Shown here: piece after piece, positions 1-21,430 of the stretch | Layout: each line of letters opens with the position of its first letter | Numbering within the stretch: the first letter of the stretch is position 1 | NCBI GenBank assembly: GCA_030141605.1 | Contig: JAQGDQ010000004.1 | Location: forward strand, 930,001-994,000 | Origin: Tubiluchus corallicola | Taxonomy: Eukaryota; Animalia; Priapulida | Reading direction: 5' to 3' | DNA length: 64,000 nucleotides | The notes under the pieces: generated by a model | What the model was told of the DNA's origin: nothing | What the model saw: only the letters and a program-made list of their open reading frames with translations | Databases searched by the model: none | Program-made: the position numbers and the translations under genes

Positions 1-166
1 AAAATGGCCTACTTATTATATTGAAAGTTATGGTAGAATGAGAACCAAGCTCTGCATCAAAGATAATTCTCTGAGATGAGACACTGAATGTGACCTCCAG
101 CAATGAAGATGGGCCGAGGCATGGCACTGTTAATAATCATCATAGTTAACTTTCAAAAGGTCTTAC

Positions 167-3100
167 CACACCAGTCTTCATCACTGCCATCTTCACAGTT
201 TGATTCTCCATTACAGTATAAATCTTGTCGAATGCAACCTTCAGTCAAACAAGGAAAAGCTTCTGGTGCACAGTAGTATGGATCCTCAGTAGGTGCTGCA
301 AAATTTTACATTTTTTTGAATGTTTGAATAAAAACACAAAATTTTAAACAATAAAAATCTCATCAATAGTTAAGCCCCTTAAAGATTATATCAGGTGACG
401 TAAAAAATGTGCCGAAGACCTGATTACGATATCATAAGAAGAAAATAACAGAACCTTTTGAAATTTACTACATTGATGTTAATACTTTTGTGTATAAACA
501 CCAAAAATTTTAGGTCGCTCCATTAGATTTGTCCAAAGGTACAGAAGTTTTTAATCGACAATTAAAAAAAATAGATAATGCAAAAAATTTTGTATCACCA
601 TTGTTAAAAATTGCAGTAGGTGCTCTATGGGTCTACCAATTTCACTGCAAACTAGGTGAAGGAGTCCTTTCCAACAGGTGACATAGTTTCTCACTTCTTT
701 AAAAGACATTAGATGCCAGGACTCAACAACTTTTGCTCTTAGTTCCTTTGCAAATTTCCATCAAACGTCTCTGTGCCATTGTGTAATTTTTCTTTAAAAG
801 AATTCCAAATACCATAATCCAGAAAATTAAGTCTCATATTTTTCTTTGCAACAAATCTTTATATGCGCTTTATCTTCTATGATGAAGACAATGGCGTAAC
901 CTCATTGATTTGTTATGGCTTTGCTGCCATGTACTGAATGCTTTGTACATCAATGCAACTAATGATTATAGGTGACATTATTCGAGCATTTAATTTTTTA
1001 ACATAGCAAAACGTTAATGTGGGGCTCTCACTTCCAATATTATTGTAGTCAAAACTTCAGCACATTTTTTCTGCACCACCCCATATATGCAAGATAAAAT
1101 ATTATCACATGCTGACACCACTAAAAACCAACCTATAAGAAAAAAGTAGGCAGGTATTAAATATTAGCACTAACAGTTTTCATTTAAAAAGTGCCAAATC
1201 GGTAGTGTGTTTTACTACAAGCTAAAAAATGCTCGGCTTTGTTTACGTAATTAACCGTCAGTAAAGAAGCATATCTAACATAAAATCAAATGCCAGCAGT
1301 CACAGTAATATAGCTCGACAAGTTTAATGATATTAGTGCCAGCAACACACAGCTGACCATAATCAAAGCTTTTAATTAACTTTTTGACTTTATGACATTC
1401 ATTAGGATTGTTTGTGTTAGCTTCAGCCACATTCTTTGCTGATGTGTGTGTTAAAAATTGCACCTTACTACGTTTAACTTAATACAGTTACAAGTTGATT
1501 ATTAAAACAACAACGTTTTACTGAATGTAGAGATTCAACAAATATGTGGGAACTACAATCAACCAAAAGTTTTGTTTATAATAAGCAATAATTTTACTTG
1601 CCTACTCTATCAACAAATCTCCAGTTTAGGATAAAACCACCTCGTGATATGCTCTGATCCGAGACAAAATTAAGAAACATATCAGTACTAGAAGAGGTGA
1701 TAGGAGGTGGTATGATCGTGCCACAGATTCTCCGGAGCATTGGTGCATTTCTGTCACCACCATCATGTATTGACAACCAGTCATAATTACATGAAAGTTG
1801 ATATTCAATATCCAATGATGCAAAACTGACTTCAACTGACTAAGGAAATAAAGATGCAAATTTTATGTTCACTCAAACCTTTAAAGAATAATGACTAAAT
1901 GATGTCAAATGAGTGTTCTGTAAGTGTAATTCAATGTCAAGTATGGTTCATTGGCTTTATAAACACAAAATATTCTTTGAATTTAACTTGTGTTTAAATT
2001 TGAATTTTTCAAGATTGAGCAAAAATCTCTGCAAGCACACACAAAAATGTGCAACTTATGGCCTAAACTCAAAAGAATCACAATAGATCAAGGGGTAAAT
2101 GACTAGTACAGCATCACATTTTGCTACAAAAAAAGGATGTTGCTAATCAAGAATAAACTTGGTTAACAAGAATTTTTTTTCAAATTTTGAACTAATCACT
2201 CTTTCCCCTTTCATTGTACAAGAGAATGCACAAAAATCATTAATGCTATTTGCATGTCTACAATTTCAAAGAATTATTACAAACAATATTTCTTGAAAAG
2301 GAAATAAAATTCTTATATTAGTTGGCTTTCACCAACACTAGGCTTTGCATAGCTGGATTGCAATTGTATTGCAATGGAGCCATCTGAGCTTCTGTGCCAA
2401 ATTCCATCAACCAATGCTGCTCCTTAGTGCAGACAATTTTAACAATTACTTACTGTAATTACAAGCAAACATGCCTGAAATTTTCAGAGCGTTGCTATAG
2501 TTAACAAAAGTTAAGCAACTCAGCATGCAGAAATTAGCATTGTATATTTTTTAGCCAAGTACATTGTATACAAAAAAAAAAGTGGCTGCAAGACAACTAA
2601 GCACATTATCAAGGATATCCATGTAAGTTGAAATCAGGCTCATTTTCAAAGATATTCCTCTGAGATGAGACATGTTTGAATGAGCACCTCCTTCATTGAG
2701 AGAAAAAGCTACAGTCAGTTAGCAGATAAAACCACTCACAAGCATTTTTTCTAGCAGACACTCATCCAGTTACTAACCCGGCTCAGCCCTACCTATGCCC
2801 TTTACATTTTAAAAGTGACCGTTAAGTAGAGACGAGAAACTGACTACTACTGTGATGAAACAGTAGATCTTTCAGACATTTAGTTGCTATTGATACAGAA
2901 TATGATACTAGTTTCAGGACATCTGACAGCACCTATTATTTTAAAAACAGGAAACCATGAGACGGGCATCCAGTATAGTATTTTAAAAGGCTGACAAATG
3001 AATTTGCCCCGAAAAACCTAGAACCAACCTTCCCAAAAGATGCCTGTATGATCCAGCTGCAATTCGCATTGTGGTGATAACTTTGTGGATACCATGGAGA

Positions 3101-4955
3101 GGTGATGCTTCCAGTACTTGACGTTAGTTTGTAAGGCATTCCGTAACATCCTAGCCAGGCGTTCGGATCTGGGGGAGGCGTGGTCATAATCGGAGCTGCA
3201 ATTAACAACCAAAGTTAACCAGTGCATAGGCAATGATTAGTACGAATTGTTGATAAGCAATGTGCTAAATGTGCTTTAATAAAAAATTTTACATCAAAAG
3301 GCGATCTAAATGCAAAAAATATTTTATTAAAATAAGGTGCTAAGGTGCTTTTCATTACCAACAATTCTGACAATTAGTGACATGCAACATGCAGTAAATA
3401 TTTCCTCACTTTGCCAATCGTTTCAGTGAAGCCATATAATGTTAATTTAAAATATCAATGCCAAAGACTTCCCTCAGAACAAGAAAACCAGTGTTAAACA
3501 AATCACAATAACACCATCAGTGACTCAATTTTTAAGTTACTTATCAACTGTGTTGTGCATGTGATATTAGAATCTTACATATTCATATATTTAATCATCC
3601 TTACCCATATCATAGAAAGCATAGGTAAAGAGCCAGCCAGCAGCTGTACCAGAAAAATCAGTATGAAACATTACTTTAACATTGTTGGTTGTTGACATAA
3701 ACCTGTCAGGAAGTTGTGTTCCACAAAATCTGCCAACTAAACTGGTACTGTCGAAAACCTCTACCTTGTCATATTGACAATTATCACCCATTTCAATGCT
3801 GAAACTTTTCCACTCTATATAAACCACCTAAGCAAAAATATAAAAACACATTGTTTACTTGTTTACAGCTTCTAATAAAATATCGTAACTAAGCACATAT
3901 TTACTTAACCGAAGGCGTTTGTACAGCTATTTTTTATATAGAATCACTTCAGCAAATTACATTTTGTGCTGTAGGCACACATTAAATTGTATTGACAGGC
4001 AATGAAATGTTTTAGCCCTAACTGATTTCAAAAAATGTTATTAATTTTAGTGACATAAGCTGTTCAGATGTGAAGGTGTAAGCACACACATGGTGGCAAG
4101 TGAAGATGTAAGCACACACATCTTTCAATAAAACTATATTGCTAACTACGCGAAGGTTGCAACAAAAGTTAAAATTTAATTTAGAACCAGTCTATGCTGA
4201 GCATTGGAAACTTAAAACAGTACCCGAAGGGTGACTACTAAAATTTACGTGAATCTTGAACAGACTTAACGTTGCATGTTCATAATAAAGCAGGCTCTGG
4301 ACATCTTTAATAGTCAGCATTTTACTAATTGTTTTAAGAGTCGCTAACAAGTTTATGTTCAATTAAAGAACTAATCCTATTTCAAAAAGTAGCTTTGTTA
4401 TACAGAATACCAGGCAAGTTGTAAGTGGCAAATGACTCAAAATCACACCTGGAAGGTGTCGGCTTGTAGTATCCATTCACAGTTCAGGTTATTATCATAA
4501 TGACCTGGGTACATGGGCGATGTAACATTTCCTGGGCTCTGTGTAAGGATATCACCTCCGTTACATGCTGTAACTCCTAAAGAAATAAAACAACTAATAA
4601 ATTGTTTATGTACAATGTAAGGCTATTGTATACATAAATTCAATTTTTTTAATAGTTGAGAACAGAAAAAACTTAGAAAACAAAACATCACACAAATTTT
4701 AGTCAGACAAATTTTTATAGATTTTACCTAAATGTTTGGCCTGATAGCAAAATGATGAAGAAAAAGTTAATCAATCAAAGCTACACTAATTTTTAATTGG
4801 AACTTATATTATATTTCAGGTTTGATTTCAGTTATAAGACACAGATACTACATGTACTAGCAAAAACAGAAAAAACTTGCAAACTTACCATTCCTAGTAA
4901 ATGCTGAACAGCACAATATGATGCTGGAAAGCAACAAACATCGATAAACCCACAT
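167..4955 (-). CDS. Secreted CUB-CUB-LDLa domain protein, 3' end outside the window (could continue as a trypsin-type protease or a NETO/LRP-like receptor)
   Basis: Phase-consistent exons: 4955-4889 (signal-peptide-like MWVYRCLLLSSIILCCSAFTRN), 4576-4449 and 3827-3605 (CUB1: C..GGDILTQSPGNVTSPMYP..YDNNLNCEW; CQYDKVEV..GRFCG), 3195-3029 and 1839-1602 (CUB2: GSITSPWYPQSY..NANCSW; CNYDWLSIHDG..ICG..FVSD), 295-167 (LDLa: CAPEAFPCLTEGCIRQDLYCNGESNCEDGSDEDWC). The donor after 1602 is GC (AG|GCAAGT). Confidence 0.88.
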
Positions 4956-5617
4956 ATTGAAAAAGAGTTATTCCAAACTTTCTGCTCGCACATTAACAAG
5001 AAACAGCTAAGCTAAATTATCAGCTGCTATTGGTAATGTATAATCTTGTGAAGAGACTAACACTCCAGTCCGTATACATACCGTTTTGCACGATATAAAA
5101 CTGATAATTCATAACAAGGTGTAGGTTTGTAACAAATGTGCAGTATCTTCTATATCACATTCAATAATCATGGCAGGCTCATTTGTAGCCTTTTTATTGA
5201 TTTTACAGATAAGAAAACTAATATTAAAGATTATTTATCACATCTTGACATTAGAAAAGCTTTGAGATAATACTTACACAAACACAACTGTAATGAGTTG
5301 ACATAAATTTGCGCAAGTTTGACTCATATGTATCAAACCATGTATGTCAAGTTTTTTATTATTTAAGACATCTAAATTAATGCTACAAATAATTAGTATT
5401 AACAAACAAAAAGTTTAAAAATTCCTCCAAAATACTTTATTTTATCTAAACAAACAAACATTCATTTTTTTTTAAAAAAAAGGCAAACAAGTTATATGAA
5501 TAATCATAAAAAAACTTACAACCTAAACCAATGTGAAAAGAAATTATTCAACAGCAATAGTAATCATATACACTTCAATTCATTATAGTTTAATTATGAC
5601 TTTTCTATTTGACTTCT

Positions 5618-13760
<8,143 letters not shown>

Positions 13761-15573
13761 CTGCACACAAAGAAAAGTTAAACCAGTCAGTCTACATAGG
13801 CTTTTAGCATAAAAACTGCACCAAATTATAAACTTCTATGATTTTCAGCAAAATACTCACAAATGGAATTTACTCATAGCAACTTTCATCATTCCCCATG
13901 ACTTTCAAGCTGTTTTGTTTCAGTTAGTCGAAAAGTAATATAAAGATCACTTAAAGCAACTATGGAAAGGCAGGTGTAGATAATCTGCCTTGAAAACCAA
14001 ATATTATTCTCACTGAAGTTGCAAAAGTTTTATTCTCTACAGAACTGCAAGTACATATTTGAACTGTTCACAAGCAATCGAAGCAAGTCTTGCAACATAA
14101 AAAAATTATGCATATGTTAGATAAAAACAAACACTATTTTCAGTAAGTGTATAAAATTTATTATTATATTTCAAATGCCATGCTACAACAATAGCAAAAG
14201 ACATCTAGTCAATAGCTATAATGACAAATAATTTCAAAAATTTAGCAAAATCAAACAATTTCTTATGCAGAAGGCTTGGCTCGGATGCAGTCACAAATGC
14301 AGAAGTTTGTTTAATTAACAGATTCTGACAGCCCTGAACTAAAAGTGTCTGATAACGTTATGTTCAAGCATTTCATGTACAAGCCTTCAAGAGCTCCATC
14401 ACTTCCCCTTCGGTGCTGGTTGTTACCAACTTGGGTCAGAAACGGAGCTTCCATATCAACTTGAAGTCTTGAATAGAAAATCAAAATATACCATATTCTA
14501 AAGCTATCTACATCAATAATAAGCCTTCGGTACATTGCTAGAATACACAACTGCAAAAAAGTGCAAATGTTTATGTAGTACTATGTGTCACACTTAAATG
14601 AAAATAGTTTTCAACTAGGCATACAGTATGTGGCAAAAGTTTTAAGTGGGAACGTATTATTGTACATACTAAAATAAATGGTAATCAAATTATAAAAAGC
14701 TTCCAAGGTAACCATTTGATAACCCTGAGTAATATGATTATAGTACACTCCTGTAATCACACGAATATGAGGTCATATCTTTACAGACTCAAAAAAATGT
14801 GCTGATAACGTACATATAATTAACTGCTCCTCTGTGGACAAGCAGTTTTCTCCACATTGAAAATACATGTATGTACCCTACTAATGAATATTGACAAGAT
14901 GAAAAAAGTACACACACTACTAGCCAATGTCAGCATTCAATAGTAGCTCTCAAATCTCTCCTTTAAGAATAATCCTCTAAGGAGAAATAATTATCAGCCA
15001 AAGGTGTCTTAGCTATGTTTGGACATGTATGTATATACTCCTTCAACCAGAAACTTTAGCTTCCAAACTTTAGCTGATAAAGTCTCTTTCAGCTGCAAAG
15101 AGTAACTTGTGAAAAGCAAGCTCTGTCTTTACTGTTTATGATCAAAATGAAAATCTCCTTTGTAAATGGTTGGCTAATACAAGTTATCAGTCATGAACGA
15201 ACTGAACTCCAGAATTTTGCCATATTCTTTACTTGTCAAAAATCAATATAGCTTGTTCTGAAATAGCTAGAAGAATGCAGACTGTAAGCATTTCTCTTTA
15301 TAGGTCGTTCTTTTCATGTGAACTTCTGTATAAGTGCACTTGAAAATATAAAAAAATCACAGAATAACTTGAAAAACTAATAAAATAGTGCACAGCAATT
15401 TATTAGTATCCATAGTATCCCGCAGTGTTCACAAAAAGCTGGACAGAAAGCCTGGCGGCATAATAAGTTATCAGTTTATAAAGTAGGTGTAGCCAAAGAA
15501 ATTCTAAATTCTCAAAAAAGTGAATTGGTCATTCGATCCCAATAAAGTTGCATATCAGGCACTTTACATTTGA

Positions 15574-16590
15574 TCAAAACTGCCAGTTTTCCACTTTTAA
15601 ATATTCCTTCTGTGCTTCATCCGGGGAGAGTTTCTTTACTTTACCAATTGCATATATCATAGCTTCTGGCAACCACACGTCAAATACGTAGTCAACTGCA
15701 GCGACGAGAGTTTCTCCAAACAACTCTTTGTGGTAACTGATTAAAAGTGCAACAAGTTCCTCTTGCTGCTTTTCATCTGCAAGTTCACCAAACCCAGAAG
15801 CTCTTTTTAGACTATTCCTGACACTGGCTTTTGTGCTGTAAAAGTTACAATGGCGCTCCGAGTACTTTTTACCTTTGGCAATTTGAATGAGATGAGTTTT
15901 AGTCTGCTTTGATCTAATGCACCGCAAAATTTTGTTATTAGAGATTCTTTGCTGCCTAGATACAGGTGGTGGAGATTCATCTGTGTCCTCTGACCGACTT
16001 AGTTCATCAGATACATTACTAGTTGAAGGTAACTCGTTATTTGCCACTCGTTTCTCTTGACTTGTGATGTTTAGATCACCTTTATTTTTCAGTTGTGTCA
16101 GGTCTGGACCGCCACTTCTATCTCTTGAAGTCGAACTTGCTTTTAACATGTAACTATTTTCATGCTCATTTAGTGTTAAAAACTGCTCCACTGACATGTC
16201 ATCCTGCAGAAACAGAAATGTTTTTGCTTGCTGATAGGATCTCTTGAAATGTTCAGCATGTCCCGATGCCTCACCATCAGTTATAAATTTTTGGTGTGAT
16301 TCGCAACCAAATGAAAATACATTTTTCGAAGACACATTGAATCTTCGTGGTTTCTTTGTTAGTGTAGATCCCTCGAAAAAAATGATCGAATATCGCTTCC
16401 TGAATGCCTTTTTCACAACACCAGGCCAATGCGGCCATCCTTTAAACTTTACCCAAACTAGTTGATTTTCGAAAACAATTTTATTGTCTGGCGTATGTTT
16501 TATATCAAGAACAGGTAATTCATCATCACTGTCTGTGTCGACAGCAGCCAACGATGTCTCAGTCTCTGAGTCGAAAAGATCTTTGTCCAT
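15574..16590 (-). CDS. PWWP-domain chromatin protein, MUM1/PWWP3-like, 338 aa, single coding exon
   Basis: Uninterrupted ORF with a PWWP core (LVWVKFKGWPHWPGVVKK..YSIIFFE) and a MUM1-type C-terminal motif (DYVFDVWLPEAMIYAI..A.KEYLK). Splice acceptor TTTCGCAG lies 12 nt before the ATG (exon starts 16602). AATAAA on the - strand at 15404-15399. Confidence 0.85.
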   Translation of the reverse strand: MDKDLFDSETETSLAAVDTDSDDELPVLDIKHTPDNKIVFENQLVWVKFKGWPHWPGVVKKAFRKRYSIIFFEGSTLTKKPRRFNVSSKNVFSFGCESHQKFITDGEASGHAEHFKRSYQQAKTFLFLQDDMSVEQFLTLNEHENSYMLKASSTSRDRSGGPDLTQLKNKGDLNITSQEKRVANNELPSTSNVSDELSRSEDTDESPPPVSRQQRISNNKILRCIRSKQTKTHLIQIAKGKKYSERHCNFYSTKASVRNSLKRASGFGELADEKQQEELVALLISYHKELFGETLVAAVDYVFDVWLPEAMIYAIGKVKKLSPDEAQKEYLKVENWQF

Positions 16591-17002
16591 TTTGCAAGAA
16601 GCCTGCGAAATGTAAAACGAGGCACTATATCATGCAACAAAAGCTAATCTAATGCTACCATACTAATGTAAAATATATTAATAAATATACTGTATTCACA
16701 AAATAGCTATTTGTGTAAAAAACCTTAAATGTGCTAAAATGAAACTCAATTTTGAGTTTTTTCATTTAAAAATCAAATTAGTTTTAGGATGGGATATTTA
16801 CACTTTTATATGCTTAAATGAGTACTAATATTTACCTATTTACTTCAAATAAGCAAAACCTCACAACAATGTCATTTATAAATCTCAACAATCTTATCAG
16901 CATTAAATTAAACAATTGCACCACTATTAAACAAGCTTAGTTTCAAATGCTCTTTTTTGTCATAAGTCATTAGTTGTAATCCAACCTGTGCTAAATTGTA
17001 CT

Positions 17003-17096
17003 CTCTATGATTACAATGACACATATGTATCGCCATTAAAAGACTGGCCCTCTATGATTACAATGAAACATTTGTATCACCATTAAAAGACTGACC
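17003..17096. repeat. Tandem repeat, 2 x about 47 bp
   Basis: CTCTATGATTACAATGA..ATTAAAAGACTG occurs twice. Confidence 0.8.
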
Positions 17097-18996
17097 AAGA
17101 TAATTGTTAGCAGGCAATTAACTGCTCAAAACAAATTTAATTTTGTAAGTAATGCTAAAAAGCAGACAAGCAAATAGCCCACCTTGTGGCCAGGCAAAGA
17201 CTAAAATAACCACAAGTTTCCATTTTCTTGACATTAAAGGGGCATTCATACCTAAGTGGAATTTTTAGGATAGACACGCATGTGTTATATGAGTGGTGTG
17301 ATAGCTGCTATAAGTTCAATATGTGTTCTGGCTGGTATCATACATAACCGTGGCTGTTTACCTCATATAAAGGGAGGTTGTACGTACCTCTCAAGAGGCT
17401 AAAATACATCTGACAGTTCATCTTAAGATGATCTAAGATTATCTTCATCTTAGAAGGATATCTTTGATCCCAAGCTCAGTCATTCCACACACAATTCATT
17501 GAGCAGGCACAATCTTTGAAAAGTTGTACTCAAATTTCTACTATGATGCTTCTTATTCGACAAAAAGCGAAAATATGCCAATGATAACTCGTGAGAGTTT
17601 CACGGTATAAGATATACTTGTGCAAGTGCAATATTGTACCTTGCTTCATTGAAAATCTGTTAGATGACTGAATGCTTAGTGCTTATTATGGGATAACATT
17701 AAAAAAGCATTTTTTCATAATGTGCTTAATTACTGCACATTGACATTACCAATCAATTTCCGCTTACTCTAACATTGAAAGTCAGGCTTTCAACAGACAA
17801 TAAATTGCATTCATACCTGCCAAGCCAAATAAACTCCTTAATCTAAACTCTAACATTCTGTTACTAATAGCTTTGCTAACGTTAACTTGAGTGACGGGCC
17901 AGGTTAATAGTATCAGTTTTGTTCATCATCATCAGAGGTGCCACCCAAGGTAGGCGGTGTCCGAGATGGGTGGCATCCAAGGTCACAGGGTCATCGAACA
18001 AGCTGCAACAGCCCACATAATTTGGAAAGCTGAATACTATATACCGAGCAACCTCCATTATTGGATTTACTTTCAGAAGCTACCTAAGCCACCGCTGTTA
18101 GCACCACACAGGCATTTTTGGCCTAATTCAGACCTAAGCATTGAACATTATATACCTGTATTAGATACCGAGCAAAAGCTCTCACACATTCTCAGCTCTT
18201 CATCCCAGTATGCATGGCAATAGGTTTTCGGCTGAAAATTTTTGTTGGTTTTTTTTCAAAGTATATGTGAAAGTCAGAAAGTGTTTCAGATATTAGCTCT
18301 TGCTTGTTCAAAGCAGTGCCACTGACTGACACTAGCATGCATTAAACCTTAGTGTAGCTTAGGGTATTAAAGTGTGTTAATGACTCAACTGACTGATACT
18401 AGCAGAGCTCTTAATTATTTTGTGCTATAGGTAACAGACATACCAAACCAAAGATGGACAGACTACAATAAAGAATAACTCACAGCACAGGTCTGTACTG
18501 TTTTCACTTTGTAACAGATTACAAAATATCAGATAGCTGCCTAGTAAGTCTATGTTATTGTTATAATACTGTGTCACCTTTAAAAATTATATCTTATAAT
18601 TTTAATTATTTATTGTTGGATCTTATTGTTAAGAAAACAATTATAGATATTTCCTAAGATCGGCCCACTGGCACTTGTTTCACAGCAAAAGTGGCTGTAC
18701 AAATCTAAGCTCTGGGCAAGTGCTCAAACTCACTGGAAGCAGTGTTGCATCAGCTTTGTGTTTTGAATGTTTATTTTTTTCGTGTTCAAAATATGATATA
18801 AACTCAGGTAATCGATTACGCCAGACACTAATAATATGCACCAGCAGTCGAGGCATAACACGCATCACCCAGTTATTATTTCTCGTGTATGTACCTTTCA
18901 ATACTTCTGCCAGTCAGAACTTGTGGTATTTATAACTTGAGATCAAAAACTAATTGGCAATAGCACTAGACTTAAGCATGGGAAAATTGCTAATAT

Positions 18997-19200
18997 ACTT
19001 ACATTGCCAAATGAATTTGACACACAAAGGTTAACACAAATCTAACACGTTAAATTTTTTGTGTTTCATGTCGATAATACGACAAATCTTCGTGCATCGC
19101 GCAAAGAAAAATTTGTTGTCTTCCACGACTGCTACCAGCAGAAAGGTACTGACTGACAGTGCTGTACCACGTCCACGAATCCCGATCATAGTTGATGCTA
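18997..19200. promoter_or_regulatory. Putative bidirectional promoter with first exons for PWWP/JMJD7 (-) and ACSF3 (+)
   Basis: CpG-rich patch in otherwise CpG-poor DNA. Minus-strand donor ..GCAAT|GTAAGT (exon ends 19003). Plus-strand donor AAAG|GTACTG (exon ends 19145), with a matching acceptor at 23435/23436 before the ACSF3 ATG. E2F-like TTTGCGCG on the - strand near 19098-19105. Confidence 0.55.
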
Positions 19201-20039
19201 GTAAAAATTGATCGTACCAACTTTACTCATTCTGACTTTACATTTTTGCATTATAGCGATTTATGATTTTTCTTTTGCATCATTTCATGTTTATTGCTGG
19301 CATTATTATCATATTTTTTACTCTCACTATTAGCCTACCATTGCTGGCTTTTAGTGCTAAGTGAAACAATGCATTAATAAGGAGGAATTTCAAAGTTCTC
19401 TACTGCAAACTCATCAACTTTTGTATGTGGCACTTGGAGTGTGAAAGCAGCATTTGCAATAGTCTTAGAACATATAATTATGATGGACCCAGTTCGAAGC
19501 TGTCCAAAGTAGAGCATTGATCAAAACTTCAAAGACTTTATCAATAACTTTTATCAGAAAAACTCTGATGTACTTTAGCTGTCCCTTCTATATATAATAG
19601 CTTTCCTAAATTGTTTACTAACCTTATTTCAAACTAGATGGCGCCACCTATCAGACGGAGCTATCATACTGTGAAATTACCTGTCTGATTTATGCATGTA
19701 TTGTAAGTAAATTTCAGATTGTATGCATGTTTCATACAATATCCCACCAAACTTTGCAATGAAGTTTTCTACTTTACAGTCATATAGCAACTCATCTGTC
19801 ATTGGCAAAGAGTTCAATTTTTACAGTTATTATTTTCATTTGTACCCTAAAACAGTCTTAAAGTAAAGTAAAACTGTTGCCGCATCCACTAGGTTATCTA
19901 GTGTGATGCAAGCGGTTTTAATTGTTACAGCAACTGCAACGTGATGTGATGGAATGCACATTGCCTTACAAAACTAAACTATCTGATAGTGATAATTCTG
20001 CTGCTCAAGGTACTATGGTGTTCCATTTCTACATAGACT

Positions 20040-20600
20040 CATATTTTATTATTTAGATGCATGGTTTATTTTGATATCTTCGTTCACATTTTAGTAATTT
20101 TAATTTCATTTTTCGTTTGATTACTGCATGTGGTTTTGTTTTATATGTAATTATTTTTATTTTTTCCTAATGTATTTTGTTATTATTATCACTGTTCAAA
20201 CCAAATATTTGTTTGATTATAATTTGCATGTGATTTTATAATGTAATTAATTTTTTCCAGATTGAATTATGTTACATATGTTGGCATTACATATGTTACT
20301 GCAACTTTTATTGATTATTGACACAATATGTTTTTTTGCTATTTTGATGCATGGATATTATTACTATTTTTATTTTGACATTTTGATGCACTGTTTCCCT
20401 CTAAATAAGTCTCGCACAAAGCTGCAACTAGTGTCACATAATTAACCATGTTAATTAATGTTGCGTAAATAGGGGTGGCAGCTAGGTAACCTCTTGGTCT
20501 TTTGCCACCCTATCTCAATTATCATAGCAGTATTATTCACATATAAATATTGTATATTATTATATCGTGTAAAAGAGAAAAATAAATTGAATTGAATAAA
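20040..20600 (+). mobile_element. Probable LINE 3' UTR with terminal stem-loop and short-repeat tail
   Basis: T-rich tract, then hairpin ATAGGGGTGGCA...TGCCACCCTAT (about 20469-20513), ending in AATAAATTGAATTGAATAAA, a tail typical of CR1/L2-clade elements. Confidence 0.45.
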
Positions 20601-20699
20601 CTGTATATTATGTCAAAAGTCTCTATATTGCTTGATATAAAATGATTCAAAGAATACAAGTTCAAATCTCGGCACATCAGATTCATTTCTGTTCCTTGC

Positions 20700-21430
20700 C
20701 TGTTTGTTTCTGTAGTCAGGATTTTCAGAGTAAATCACTACTGGTATATCTGCAAAATTGTTTAGATTACACAATCTAGAAAATGAAATCTCAACATTAG
20801 CATTTTGTTTTGCATCTGGCTTGCACAGTGCTGAAAGATTTTTTAAAAAAATTTGGTGAATCGGTTGGGGGTATAATAGATGGCCCTAAATAACATACCA
20901 GGATTATACTTCAGCTTGAATCATATTTCGTCTGCAGTCTGTCAATTCACAAATATATTACTCTGCCTTTCTGGCTTCATTACCAGCTTTACTTTGTATT
21001 AAGTGACAGCCAGGCAAGATAATTTGGTAAGTAATCTTAGTTTCTAACAGATCAGATCGTATTAGTTCAAGAGGGCTATAAATCCCACTTTCTATTATTG
21101 CGACCTTTTTTATCAGTTTACATGTAGTACCATTCACATTGATAGACACTAGCTTCACTTGCTATTCCCTTTTAAGCAAAAGAAAGACGGTTGGATGGTA
21201 TCCATTACAGTGCTTTACAATGCATGTAGTGTGGACTTATCATACTCTATGATTTTCTGCTTCTTTTTTTTCAGTCTTTTCCTTTCCTGAGCCTTGCAAA
21301 GACACCCATTAACCTGGTCTGCACCTATGTCTGGCAGAAAATCTGCTCAATGTAGCTCCATTAAATCATCTACTGCTTGCCTTCTTTCTGCTAATAATGG
21401 TCTTACATGTACTTATGAACAATCCTCTTA
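20700..21430 (-). mobile_element. Decayed LINE fragment: end of ORF1 and start of the APE endonuclease
   Basis: ORF 21158-20958 begins MKLVSINVNG and contains LLETK, resembling the (S/T)xNVNG and QET motifs of LINE endonucleases. A basic ORF1-like segment lies upstream. Confidence 0.45.

Noticed and set aside
879-938. ATGATGA...CTGA resembling C/D snoRNA boxes
   Set aside because: It is on the strand opposite the host intron, with no convincing terminal stem or recognisable rRNA guide.
14311-14556. ORF containing MKCLNIT, identical to the first seven residues of ACSF3
   Set aside because: Similarity does not extend on either side; a single 7-residue match among all ORF translations is compatible with chance.
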